Origin: Geosiphon pyriformis uo1
Taxonomy: Eukaryota; Fungi; Glomeromycota
Direction: 5' to 3'
Length of the DNA: 64,000 nucleotides
Assembly (NCBI GenBank): GCA_016748015.1
Contig: JAAOMT010000319.1
Location: 1 to 64,000, forward strand
Below the pieces are notes generated by a model, which was not told the DNA's origin, ran no database searches, and was given only the letters and a program-made list of their open reading frames with translations. Below, piece after piece: positions 26,285 through 38,914 of this stretch. Position 1 is the stretch's first letter, and every line of letters starts with the position of its first letter. The position numbers and the translations under genes were made by a program.

Positions 26285-29124
26285 ATCATGAATTGAAAAT
26301 TCTTTAATTTGATACACGGTTTCAAAATTTTAATTTTAAAATTCATATAACCTTTACATTTTTTTGCACTTTATGCAGATTCACCTACAAGCTTATGTTT
26401 TATTTATTTATTTAGGATCATGCACTTAAGAAATTTTATTAAGCTTTTATTTTAGCAGCCAAGTTCAAAGAACAAGATTTTACCCCAGATTTTTTCGTCA
26501 ACTTGTGATGAATACCAATCTTTCTTTTCGCAAGAGATCACATCTATTTTTGATTGATTGTTGTGAACAGGAAATTTTTTTTATAAAACTTTATATTTTT
26601 ATATTTTTAAATTGTTCTAAAAATGAGAATATATCTGACTTTAATATTTATTGTAAATAAAATTAGACCGAAGATTATTAATATTAAATTAAATAAAGAA
26701 AGCCTTTGATGACAGCTTTAATAAAAAGAACGAATTGACTCAGTTTATCAGAACAATTGTTGTTTGGGTTTCAAAACATAATATTGAAAATCCAAATCCA
26801 TTTGATGCATTAAATACATCAATCCAATTTCTTGGTAAATGCGCAATTAAATATATATTACTGCCATTTCAATTACCAAAAAATAAATAAAAAAATAAAT
26901 TGAGGAGCACAGCAGTTTTTGCTAATAGTTTTTATGCCCATATATAAAATGAATATTAAATTTAAAGGGTAAATTTTAAAAAAATTTTTGTTATTTTATC
27001 CACAGCATATTTAATAAGAGATAATATATGATAAAAAAACTTTTGTTAATTTCGAAATTGTGATAAAATATTAATTGTATTTCTAAAATTATTTCATTCT
27101 TTAATAAAACCTGTTTTTTGTTTTTTTTAACTATGAAGTTTTGCTAATATTTGCTAAATTTTAATTAATTAAAATATAAAATTTCAAAGTATTTTAATAA
27201 TGTTTCAACTTTAACAACAATAATAAATATATTTTTTTATAATTATTATTTTTCAACTCATAAATTTTATTGTTTTATATTTTTAATAAATTATTTACAT
27301 AAATATAAAAATTTGATAAAATAACTACGTATTTTTAATATATTTATAATACCTAACCAATTTTTAGTAACATTTTATTAAAATAAAAAACAGCAGTAGT
27401 TTTAATAATGGTATAATTAAAAGTAATAATAATTAACCAAAAATTATAATAATAGTATAATTACAAAATAGTAAAAGAAAATTTAATAAAATGTATTTAT
27501 AATAATTATTATAAAACAAATATACCAAAATATTTCGGAACTATAGAAACTCAAGGTTCCAACAATTTTAACTGGTATTACTATAAAAAATTTAGATATT
27601 ATGTAGAGAGTATCCAATCTATTAACACAATTAATATTTATTTATTAAAAAATAATTTATAATAAACCCAACCCAAATTAATTTAATAATTAATATTCAA
27701 AGACCAAATAATTAAGATGATAGTATTCAAAATAAAAAAATTCTGGTCAACAAATATACTAATAGTCCGAGCTTTTAACTATTTAAAATATCCATAATAA
27801 AAAACAGTCATGAAATGGAGACATTCCTATTGTCAAATTATATATATTAAGATAAAACTATCAATATCATCAGCATTTTTAATTAAATCAAATTAAAACT
27901 AATAATAATAATAATCCAAATTGCCATTTTTCTATACATTATTAGACGGATATATAGATTGAATACTTAATTATTTTATCAACTTTATTGCTGCTTGAAA
28001 AGTCGTAATAAGATTCAAAAAATATAAAACAATATGTATTATAGTAATTTATTTTATTGCTTAGAATTTTTTTTTAACATAATTAATATTTATTGCAATC
28101 ATAAAAGATAAAAGATAAGTATAGATAAAATGTAAATATGTTATTATAAGAATTTTGATAAAATAAAAATTTTATTTTGTAATTACATTATTTTTTTAGT
28201 TAATCTTATTCCAGTAATTCTGTTCAACTTGGATGTAAATACAGTTCAGATAATTTATATGATTTTTAATAAGTAAAAGTCTTCAAAATTTTCTAATAGT
28301 ATTAAAAATTTCTTGATTCCAATAATTTTTCTTTAGCTATTTTTTGTACAGTATTATAATTAATATTCAAAGCAAAAACTTTTTGCCATCAATGGTAAAT
28401 TTTTTTAAAAACTTAATATTTTTCAAATAAGCTCAATATTAATATTTTTGATTTTAATTGTTTTGGTATTTTTTTATATTTTTTGTTTGTAAAAGAAAAA
28501 AAGTTGTTGGTTTAATCAATTTAATATATTTTGATTTAGTACACTTATTTTTGTTTTTATTTACTACTTTTGTTATTATTTACAGAATTTTTATTGTTTA
28601 ATTAATGTTTGTTTTTAATTTAATTTACTTTTTAAATAAAGTAAATATTCTAAAAAAATATTAAATTAATATTAAAATATTTTATTTAATTGTGATATTA
28701 ATGTTAAAAATATATAGAGTAAAAATAATTTAATAAAATTGAAAATAACAATTATATTATTTAATAATAATAGCTTTATTATCTAAATAGTAAATTTATA
28801 ATAATATATAAAACATTTGAAATGTTATTAATACAAACCAAACATATATTAGTGTTCTCTTTTTCAAACTATAATAAATACACAAAATATTATAATTACT
28901 ATTGAAAATATCAAATGTGAATTAAAATACATTAAAACTAAACATAAAAAATGTGTAAAACAGTTAAAAAAGAGAGATAGCTTGAGTAAATTAAAAATAA
29001 AAATTAAAAAAAGAATTGGTAAATAAAAGAAAAAAAACTAAAAGAAAAAATACAGGATTTAAATACAAAATTTAAAAGATAAATTGATAGAAATATATAA
29101 GACAGATAGTTATATTATAATTTA

Positions 29125-30398
29125 CAGTCTGGTAAGAAAAAAATTGGAAATATAAAAATAATTACTATGGCTTAACTAATGTACCAAATTACATAAAACA
29201 ACTTTTATTAGAAAGTCAAATACCATATAATTTTATTAAAAAAAATTAATAGGAAATTCTTTCACCATTTGTCTCAATTATCATTTCACAACGCTGCCTG
29301 ATTGATCCTACTAAACCAATTAAGGTAGATTCAGGAATATCTTGCCACTCTTCCCCTATAAATCTCTCTAATTCATTACGATTTTGAGGCATTCTTTTTT
29401 CTACATTCTTTTTAACAATAGCCCAAAGGTTTTCTATTGGGTTTAAGTCGGGACTATTAGATGGCCACCCCAACAAATCAATTGTATTCTCAGCAATAAA
29501 TCTTTGGCAAGCTTGCTAGTATGCTTGGGGTCATTATCTTATTGGAAATGCCAATATCCCCCAGCATTGCTCTAATTTCAAGTAAGTGGTTACGAAGAAT
29601 ATCTATATAAAATTGAGCATTCATTATTTGAACAAAACAAAATAAACTAGTCTTTCCTTTTTCGTAGAAACCCCCCCCTCCCCACGCGAGAATTTTTGTT
29701 CGATCTTTAGGCATAGAACGAATTGGTCGAGTACCTTTATGCCAACGTTTTACCGTGTTTTGAAAAAGTTGAAAAGACGTTTCGTCAGTAAAAACTGTTC
29801 TTTTCCAATCGTCGTTCAGGTGTTTTTTGGCCCATTCTACACGTTTTCGCTTATGCTCTTCGGTCAGCATTGGAGTTGCTCTAGGAAGACTTTTTTTATA
29901 ATTAAGGTTGGATAAATGGTTTTGAATAGTAACATGAGAAACATTTATTCCCTTCTTAGCCAACTTTATTGCTAAATATCTAGACGAAACTGAGGAATCT
30001 CTACAATTAATCTGCCCTAATACTTTCGAAGAATTTCCCATAATCTTTCTTGGCCGACCATTACCACTCGCATGCTTTATTGTTTGAGTTTTTCGAGGAT
30101 ATTATAGATTGTAGAAAGGGGTATATTCGTTTTATTCTGTATTTCTTTCGCCTTTCGTATTCCTTGCTTCCAAAAATGTAATACGACTTGCCGTTGCGTT
30201 TCTTGCTTTGAAGTCGGCATTTAAAAGACAAGTTTTAAAAAAAACTATTAGTTAATACGCGAGAAAATGTTTTTAGAGCTCAGCCACTTATCTAATATTC
30301 TGTTTCCATTTTTACCCTCACAAAACTTACAAAAATAGTTAAACCAAATGCAATCTTAGTAGATTCATATTTTTCCAATTTTTTTTTTTACCAGACTG
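29125..30398 (-). mobile_element. Tc1/mariner DNA transposon with frameshifted transposase (29246-30220)
   Basis: TIRs CAGTCTGGTAA.AAAAAAATTGGAAA at both ends, TA TSD at 29123-29124 and 30399-30400. Transposase motifs FTDETSF, QDNDPKH, WPSNSPDLNPIENLW; ATG at 30220; several frameshifts. Confidence 0.93.
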
Positions 30399-32358
30399 TA
30401 GATATCAAAATAACAAAGTATATAAATTATTATTTGAAGTAATATTTCTGTTTTTTACTTGATTATTAAAAACATAACAAAATTTATACATGAACAAAAT
30501 AAAAACCATACAACTTAAAATAATAAAAATAGTAATAACTTTATAATATAGAGTATTATTATGGTTCAAAAAATTAGTAAAAATTATAAATAGTAAAAAT
30601 TATTTAATTATAATATAACACAGTAATAATCTTAGAAAGATAATAATTTATATAACAGTAATTATCAAATAATGATAACAACAAGCACTATTTTGTAATA
30701 ACAGCAAACATCATAATATAATAATAGCAAATATTATTTAAAAATATCAAAAATAGAGTATTACAATATATTATTTTGTACAACTACAAACATGTATATA
30801 TATAATAATTTTAATATTGAAAAAAATATTTTCCATTTTTTACTTTTTAATAACATCTAAATAAATTTTTAATTAATTAAAAGAAATAACAATATAATTT
30901 TGAAAACTAAATTATTGTGCAAATCTATTAAAAAACTCACTTGCATTTATTTATTGAAAAAATAATTTCTAATCAAGATTATTCATTTTTTTTTATTAAT
31001 TAATTAAAAGCTTTATTATTTAGAATTAAAAAAAAAACACTCAAAACAATAACATTCTGTGTTTTTAGATTAAAAAAAACACTTTAGACAATTGGAAGAA
31101 AATATATTTTAACCATTTCTTTACAAGACAAAATATGATCTTATTAATTTAATTTGTACTATATATGTTATAATACATTTTTAAGTTAATAATTTTCTAA
31201 AGTTGTTATTTAATGAGACAAAATTTAGAGTTTTTAAAAAGAATATAATCAAGATAATGTATAAAAAAATTTTTATTACAAAATAGATAATAAAAATTAT
31301 AATAGTTTTAAAAAAGCAATTGTTTAAATTATTAATTAGATAAAAATAATAAATAGATTAAAGATATTATGGAAATAATATGAAGTTAAATAATAAATAA
31401 TGAATTATAACTAAATTAATAACTTATTGATTAAGCAAATAAACCAATAGGTTAATTGGCTAAAACATAATTTTATTTTTTATACCTCTAAAATCTTTGT
31501 TTTTGATAATTAAAAACAATTTCCAATTGAATTATAACTTTGAAAAAAATTAAAATTAAATAATTATATTATTCATAATAGTTTTTCAAAAATATGAAGT
31601 AGCATATAATTCAGTTATTTAATTTATTGTTTAAAAAACTCTTAAAATAATTTACATTCATTGAAAATTATATGTCCTTTTAATGAGCCAAAAATGAACG
31701 AGTTTTCAAACTATTCACTTCTAGAATTTGAGCTCCATACTATTTTGATTGGGTAGGATAGCAGGTTTATGTGCAATGACGAACCACAGTAACAGAACGC
31801 CAATTATTAACGATGTGCTGTAATCGAGAAAATGTATCTGTATCAATTTCGGCACACAAAAAAGCTCAGCGTGTCAAACAGACTTGATAAGAATTTAGAC
31901 GTTATTTAAAAAAGTTAAAATAGTTTAAAAGAATTTTCTAGCCATAATAAAAATACGATAAAAAGTTTTGATGTTAAATATTTAAAAATTATATATATAT
32001 TGATATTTTATTGCCTGATTGATTTTATTTCATTTCTTTTTCAAAAATAAATAAATTAATTACTATTAGCCTAAAAATATTTTGAAAAGGGTAAAATTAA
32101 CATCAATAAAAACAGTTTTATGCTTAAATGGCTTAATTATTTAACAAAAATTAAAATATTGTTTAATTTCAAAAAGGTTATAAATACATCGGGTATTCAC
32201 TTGGTAAAATTTCAAAATAAATTAATTATTTAACCATTGAAATATTGTTAAGCATAGAAGAAATTATATATAGTAAAAACCTTAAAATTATCAGATCAAT
32301 AAAACAAAGGAGAGTGATCTGGGGTATTGAATATTTTAACAGAATTTTTCCAAAATGG

Positions 32359-32566
32359 TCAAATATATGAAGCTACTTGAGTTTCTTCAGTTTTTTCGAA
32401 ATTTTGATTGATTGGTGCTAAGGTTTGATTGGGTGATGATGAGAAGTTATTTTTATTTTTGGACCCTTCATTCAAAAAGAATTGAATTGAATTCGTGAAT
32501 CTGAAATATTTTATTTAAGATGGTCAAGGTAGAACTTGTTAAAACTATTGAATCAAGTAAAGAGGA

Positions 32567-32606
<40 letters not shown>

Positions 32607-34348
32607 TTCAAAACCTTTACATACCCGCTAATATTGCATGCTACCGCAAAAGTTACATGTAAACCTAAATATTCGTTTTTCTTTAAAAAAAAAAAACCCC
32701 CCACCCCAATTGTAAAATTAGTGAAAAATTGTAAGGTTACTTGCATTATTATTTTCTTGTTTTATTTGAGTTAAAATTTCGATAAAATTCTTACTTTAAT
32801 CGTCGCCATAAAAATAAATGCGATTCCTGCTATCTGTAAAGTAAAAGTTGTATTTGTTTTAGTGAATTTTAAACTTGATAAGAATTGTAGAGTTTTTATG
32901 AAACACATATATTCTTGATTGATTGATTGATTGATTGATTGATTAATTACCAGCTGATACCCGTACATTAAGCAATAACTAAGAATTCTTCGATTCACAA
33001 TTTGTTGAACTTTATTAAATCGCACTTGGTCATAACTTTCTGTCCCTTTGGTTGATTCCCCATTCTGTATAGAAAGCTGAGCTTTTCGAACCATGTTTAA
33101 ACTTTTTAAGGTTCTTTGATAGCAAAAAAAGATCCAAGACATTGCTGTAAGATGGATTGAGAGTGTAAGCCAGGTCATTAGGTGTGAAGGATTTTTTGCG
33201 GTTGTATAGCACCTATTAAATAATTTTTTTCAAGTTTAAAAATTAGTCCAAGGCTTAATAATTTCTATTTAACTGATTTGGGGAACAATCAAACGAAAAA
33301 TAAAATAAAATAAAATAAAATAAAATAAATAAATAAAGAGAAAGAAATAATATTTTTACCAGTATGCACCTTCCCCCGATTGACTTTTATAAAATAAGCC
33401 ACAGAATACACAAAATGTAGGTAGTATAACCTGTGGGAGAATTAATTTCCACTCATATTTTCCCAAATAAATTTTTTTCATTCGACATACTATAAATAAT
33501 TCATTTCACATCATAAAAAAATTTTATGTGAGAAAAATGAGTTTTTGCTTTAAAGGATAAAAGTTTATTTTAATTATTGTGATTAAAAATAAACTTTGAA
33601 ATTACCTTTTAAATATATTATCGTAGCAACTGAAACTGATAAAGCCAGGTCCATAACGAAAGATGAATAAAATAAATTAATCAAAATTTTACAAGACATT
33701 TGTGGCCATAGACGAAGATGTATCAATGGGTAACCCTAAAGAAAACCAAAAAAAAAAGTTTTATTTAATTAATTCTTGCAGTCCATGTAAACTTGTTTAA
33801 TTTTTTTTTATAAATTTGTTAATTATATCTTACCATATTAATTAAAGATTGGGTATGTAAGAAAAGACCTGTAAAAAAATTTGAAAATTATAAATTTAAA
33901 AACCTCAAATCAATACATTCTACAAAAAATTTTAAACAAAAAACTCACTACGTAGCCCCAAATATATAGGTACAGTCAATGACATTTGTAATGGAGCTTT
34001 GTTATTAAGCTTCCACAACCTATAAACGTGAATGAAAACAAAAAAACATCCGACGATCGATATCGATGCCATGGTCATCCCGGCTATTGAGACAATTCGT
34101 TGTTTCAAAGGGAATTTAGGGTCAAAATCTTGGAATGTTGTAGTGATGTTGATTTCTTTTTGTGGCGTAACTTGTCGCTGAACTTCATTTTTTATTGATT
34201 GATCGGTAATAGTCGATAATATTGATGATGAACTTAATACCTCTGTCTGTGGAAAACTTTGAAATTCTGGGCAGAGATTCAATAAGCATAATATCAGGAT
34301 AAGGAAGTACAAAACATTGGATTTGGGACGTATTATTCTTGATGACAT
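32359..34348 (-). CDS. Seven-transmembrane receptor (Git3/cAMP-receptor-like GPCR) with predicted signal peptide
   Basis: About 8 exons splice into one frame. Hydrophobic N-terminus, TM1 IAGMTMASISIVGCFFVFI, then LWPQMSCK, LGKYEWKL, GEGAYWC, RRILSYCLMY and NISGFTNSIQFFLNEG; stop at 32359-32361. Some splice sites are uncertain. Confidence 0.78.
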
Positions 34349-34674
34349 TTTCAACGAGGATTACGAACTTTTGCAGATAAAAAAAATAAACAATACTTTT
34401 TAAATTTTAACTTTTTAACGTTTATTTCAAGAGGAGGCATGTTTATATATATATATATATATATGTTCGATTTCACTCGTCTTTGAGTAAAAAGATATCT
34501 TTTCTCGATCGGAAGTTTTTTTTAAATTTTCTTAATGTGGTTAGAGATAAGTGAATTCGTGTTTAATTAGAGGTTTTCGGAAATTTCTAAATGTAGATTA
34601 GATAATTGATCAATGTTCATTGGATCCCCAGTTATTAAAATTGGTTAAACAAATTTTAGTGTACAAAGGATTTT

Positions 34675-34709
<35 letters not shown>

Positions 34710-35600
34710 ATTTTAGTTAGATAATTCAAAGTGTATTTTTTGGATATTAAAAATTTTTCTAAAAGTATCTTTTGGATTAAATTTAATGCGAATAATAATA
34801 ACCAAATGTGGTATTTGATGTTATGAAAGGACATTTGTCAAGTTACTGAAGGAGAATTAAGAAATTTCTGAACTCTCATCGTGTGATTAATAGAGTAGGG
34901 AGGTTGAAAATTATGTCTTTGATAAAAATAAAATTTTAAATTCGACATAAAAGTAATCGTATCGTCGAAATAAATAACATCATTTAAATAAATGACATCA
35001 TTCAAATAAATGATATCATTTGATAATAATAATAATTAAATTTAAAAGATAGACTCTAATAAATTTTGTTATTAATTTATTAAGTCAGCTATTTATAATA
35101 GTATTAAAAAACAAATCATTCTAAACAAATAGAAATACTTTAAACATTTAAAAGTAAATGAATTCTAAAGATAATTGAAAACAACATTCAAAATATTCTC
35201 GACATATATATATATATATATATAAAAGAAAATATAAATATGAATAAAATTTAGTTCTCTTTTGGTTGTTTTCTATTAAGATAAAAAAACTTTCAAAATG
35301 TCAATTTTTGCTGTTGTTCAAAAAAGAAAATAATTTGAAATTAACTCTAAAAGACTATCATCTTACTTTCATAACCTATTTCGAAAAAGAGAGTTCAGAT
35401 ACTTTATTTCATTTAAAGAATAATCTATTACTAGAAATCTAATTGTGAGGACAATTGATACAATTATGGTCAAACGGAATGGTCAGATACGTTTTAGCTG
35501 TCGTACCACGATCAACCCCGAGAATAGTGTTTTTTCACTGCGCGTTTACATAAATTTAAATAATGATTACGTAAAGACAAATAGCGTAAAAGTACATGTA

Positions 35601-36520
35601 CAGTACCTTCAAAAAGTAAAGCTCGATTCAAATTTGAACACAAAATTCTGATACTTTTTACTCTTTTTACGATTTATACACCAAATAAAAAATTTTACAT
35701 ATCTAATTAATACTTTGTCGGCCCTCCTTGTGACTCTAATACTACTTCAATACTCCTTGGCATTGAGTTAATAACTTTTTCGAGAACAGAGATATCAAAT
35801 TTCTCCCATTCCTCCTTTAACGCAATTTTAAGTTCGACCACAGAATTTGAAAAGACTTTATGTTTTTGAATATTTTTCTTAAATAGCTTCCAATTTTTCT
35901 CAATTACATTTAGGTCTGGCGAATTTACCGCACAGTTGATAATCATAATTTTATGGATTTTCGTCCACTTTTGAAACTAGTTACTAAGCAATTACCATTA
36001 AACTTTTTTCAAAACCTGATTGCTTCCCAATTTTCACACACTCGTCTTACAAGAGAATATAATTCATGCTCAACCATAAGCGCTCCTATCCCCCATCTCC
36101 CCTATATCACCTAACACGAGCATAAATAAGCATGTGTTTCCGGGATATAAGGTTTTTTTGTTGCGACGCGTGAATGAAGTCTGGCATTATAGAGTACATT
36201 TGGGTATAGTTGACAAACTACATTTAGACCTAAATTGTTGTCAATTTCATGGAGTGTGGCATGTCATTTTTCTTTTTGGCTTTAAACACTAGTAAATCTT
36301 TTTCGTCGTTGCTGAGAATTTGTGATCTTCTAGAACGTATAAACTTTACACTTTTTTCTGTTCTCTGGTACTTGTCAATAAAGTGCCACATTCTTGTGGA
36401 AGCATTTTTGGGGAATTTATTTTTTCCATGTACCTCAGAATCTTTCCTTTATTTATTAAGTGGTTACACTGCAAATCGAGTGTTACTTTTTAGGGGTATT
36501 GTATATCGTTATTAGCAAAA
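35601..36520 (-). mobile_element. Degenerate Tc1/mariner remnant
   Basis: TA+CAGT candidate terminus at 35599-35604. C-terminal SPDLNVIEKNW...SMPRSIEVVLESQGGPTKY at 35707-35946; fragmented HTH-like N-terminus at ~36250-36500. Confidence 0.75.
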
Positions 36521-36899
36521 TCAATGGCTCACAAAATTGATTAAAATTTAGGTGTCACTTTAATGATGATGATGAATCGAATTCAAAATTACAATAATGA
36601 TGTCACATTTCGTAATTAAAGAAATTATCAATCATTAAAAAATTAACAACCGAGAAAATCAACAATAAGTCCTCGCGTTTCTTATCCAACCTTTATTGCA
36701 CATTTCCGATTGTCTTTATATAAATAATTCAAGAGAAGAATTTTTTGTATATTGAACCCGGAATAGAGTCCTCAGGAAAGAATCAACAAATCTTTTTGTC
36801 ATAAAAAAATTTTTTTATCTACGTCAAATAAGCATAAAAAATGAAATTGGTAGTTTAACAGATCTGACTTTTAACTAAATTTGATGAACGAAAATTTTT

Positions 36900-37330
36900 T
36901 CGTCTGATTTCTACTAAAGAATGTTCAAAATTAAAATCGACGATAACATTAATCTTGGTGTTGAAACTGTTCGTAGAGCACTCTAACGAAATGCTTTACA
37001 AGCAATTAAAAAACCTTAAAAACGAAACAAATTTCCGAATTCTCTGGTCTGACGGACACAAGTACTGTTGGGAAAAGCCAATAGAACCAATCATGTACAA
37101 TCAACAATAAAATTTGATGGGGGTGGTGGCATTATGGTGTACCAATCTCTGTCACATTGAAGGAAAATCGAATGGAGAAGAGTGTAGAAAAATACTTACA
37201 GATGATTGATTGGAATCTGACACTTGCCAAGAAGTGGTTTGGGGATGATAAAAATTGAGATTCTTGATTAGTCCCCATTGAACACTTCTTGGAATCTATC
37301 TGTACAAGTTCATAGCACGAGGGAAAAAAT
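36900..37330 (+). mobile_element. Second degenerate Tc1 transposase remnant, divergent to the first
   Basis: Broken peptides VETVRRAL, ILWSD, VQSTIKF..GGGGIMV, HIEGK and PIEH. Confidence 0.6.
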
Positions 37331-37412
37331 TCAACACATTTAAAATAATATTGAGATTGAAACTTCTCAATAGAATAACGAATGTTATCTTAAATCATTT
37401 AATGGTTCTAAT

Positions 37413-38070
37413 CAGTGATGTTCGCTGGAACGTCCAGTGGGAGTTATTGGAATTGGAATGTCACTGGACCCTTCCAATTAGGATTTTTTATTCACTGGAT
37501 GGAAAGGTCCAGTGACGTCCAGTGATGTCCAGTGGCTTGGCAAAGTTTTTTCTCTATTAAAATGTACCCATCGATGAGGTTGTCGATGAGTCTACCGATG
37601 AACCTACTAACGAACTAAATGAATATAGGATGGATAATGAACAAAACGAATTGCAAGATATCGAACCATCAAGTATAATAACGCCCGATGATTGGGAAAA
37701 TCAATTACGTGACTGGGAACAGATGTTAATAGATGAAAAGGCAGAACGTGATAATAATGGCAATATGGAAGGTGATTTGTTAAGTAATTACAAACACCCA
37801 GCAATAGATAACAGAGCAAAATGGGAAGTGAGTAGTATATTTGGTTTATTGTTTCAAAAACCAAATTTTAAAAATAATAACAATTAATTTTCACTATTAA
37901 TGTATACATTTTTATTGGTTACATTATTTACTATGCCTACATTTTGATTGGTTAACATTATATTGGTTCCAGTGGAATAATCGTTCCAGTGAGAGTTTCC
38001 ACTGGAATTACTGGAACTCTTAAAAAATCTGGCCGTCCAGTGGAATTCCAGAAGTCCAGTGCCAACACTG
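37413..38070 (+). mobile_element. Non-autonomous hAT deletion derivative (658 bp)
   Basis: CAGTG...CACTG termini and an 8-bp TSD GTTCTAAT at 37405-37412 and 38071-38078. Many subterminal CCAGTG/CACTGG motifs at both ends. The internal acidic ORF 37630-37887 (HPAIDNRAKW) resembles a transposase C-terminal remnant. Confidence 0.87.
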
Positions 38071-38711
38071 GTTCTAATGGTTACAAAAGAAGAATTTAAT
38101 CACAGACCTGAAAGCTTGATTGATGTACAAAAATTGATCTTGAAAGAAAGATTCAATTTATTTTTTTATCTCCAATCACCGACATGATATCTAAATTTTT
38201 AATGGACGTTACGATGATTTTGCGATGAATTTAGTTTAAAAAGAGCCACAGTATATGCGCCTTAAAATTCTATCAGGTGTTGAATTTTTCAAGCAAAAAA
38301 CATAGTACATTTACATTTATTCAGATGGTGCAAAACTGGCACTGGATTTATGTGTCAACCGCGGAATCATGACTTTCATCTTTTAATCCATAAATTTTAA
38401 AATGAATTAAAATTCATATTTCTTCATTTTTCTGCTCATTTAAAATACCGAATATCTATAAGTTTTTTTGAGAAAATTATTGCAATTACTTTCACAAGTC
38501 ATGCTCAAAACTTGAGTATTCATACTCAATAATTTCACCTGACAAGATACCAAAAAAAATTTTGAAATTTTAAAACTTATTTTTTCAAAATTTATTTCAA
38601 ATTAGATAAACGCCACATTCCACTTTTACAATTATAGCAATAAAAGTAAAAACGTCACTTGGGTAAATTTAGCTAGACCACTTTGTAGGCTCTTTAAGAA
38701 AATAATAGTTA

Positions 38712-38850
38712 AAGGCAGGGGTTATCCCAATTTGGTCGTTGCCTACAGACTAATGTTGTCGTAATTCATTTACTTAAATAAAGATCAAAAGCAGGGTTAT
38801 CTCAATTTGGTCGTAGCACATTTGTCGACATTCGTTTGCTTATAAAAAAG
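38712..38850 (+). promoter_or_regulatory. Imperfect ~75-bp tandem duplication just upstream of the phospholipase C ATG
   Basis: GCAGGGGTTATCCCAATTTGGTCGTTGC (~38715) and GCAGGGTTATCTCAATTTGGTCGTAGC (38791), each followed by TTGTCG...TTC.TTT.CTTA.A.AAAG. Confidence 0.6.
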
Positions 38851-38914
38851 AGAGGAATTGAAACTCATTTTTTCTCACTTGGTTTTCCTGAATATCGCTA
38901 AAAAATTTTTTTTA

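Noticed and set aside
26900-31600. AT-rich tracts flanking the Tc1 as a specific TE family or centromere
   Set aside because: Probably TE-derived but too degenerate to assign, and no tandem satellite unit is visible.
37413-38070. CCAGTG repeats as a CRISPR-like or iteron array
   Set aside because: Irregular spacing, both orientations and clustering at the element ends fit hAT subterminal motifs. No CRISPR array is seen anywhere in the window.
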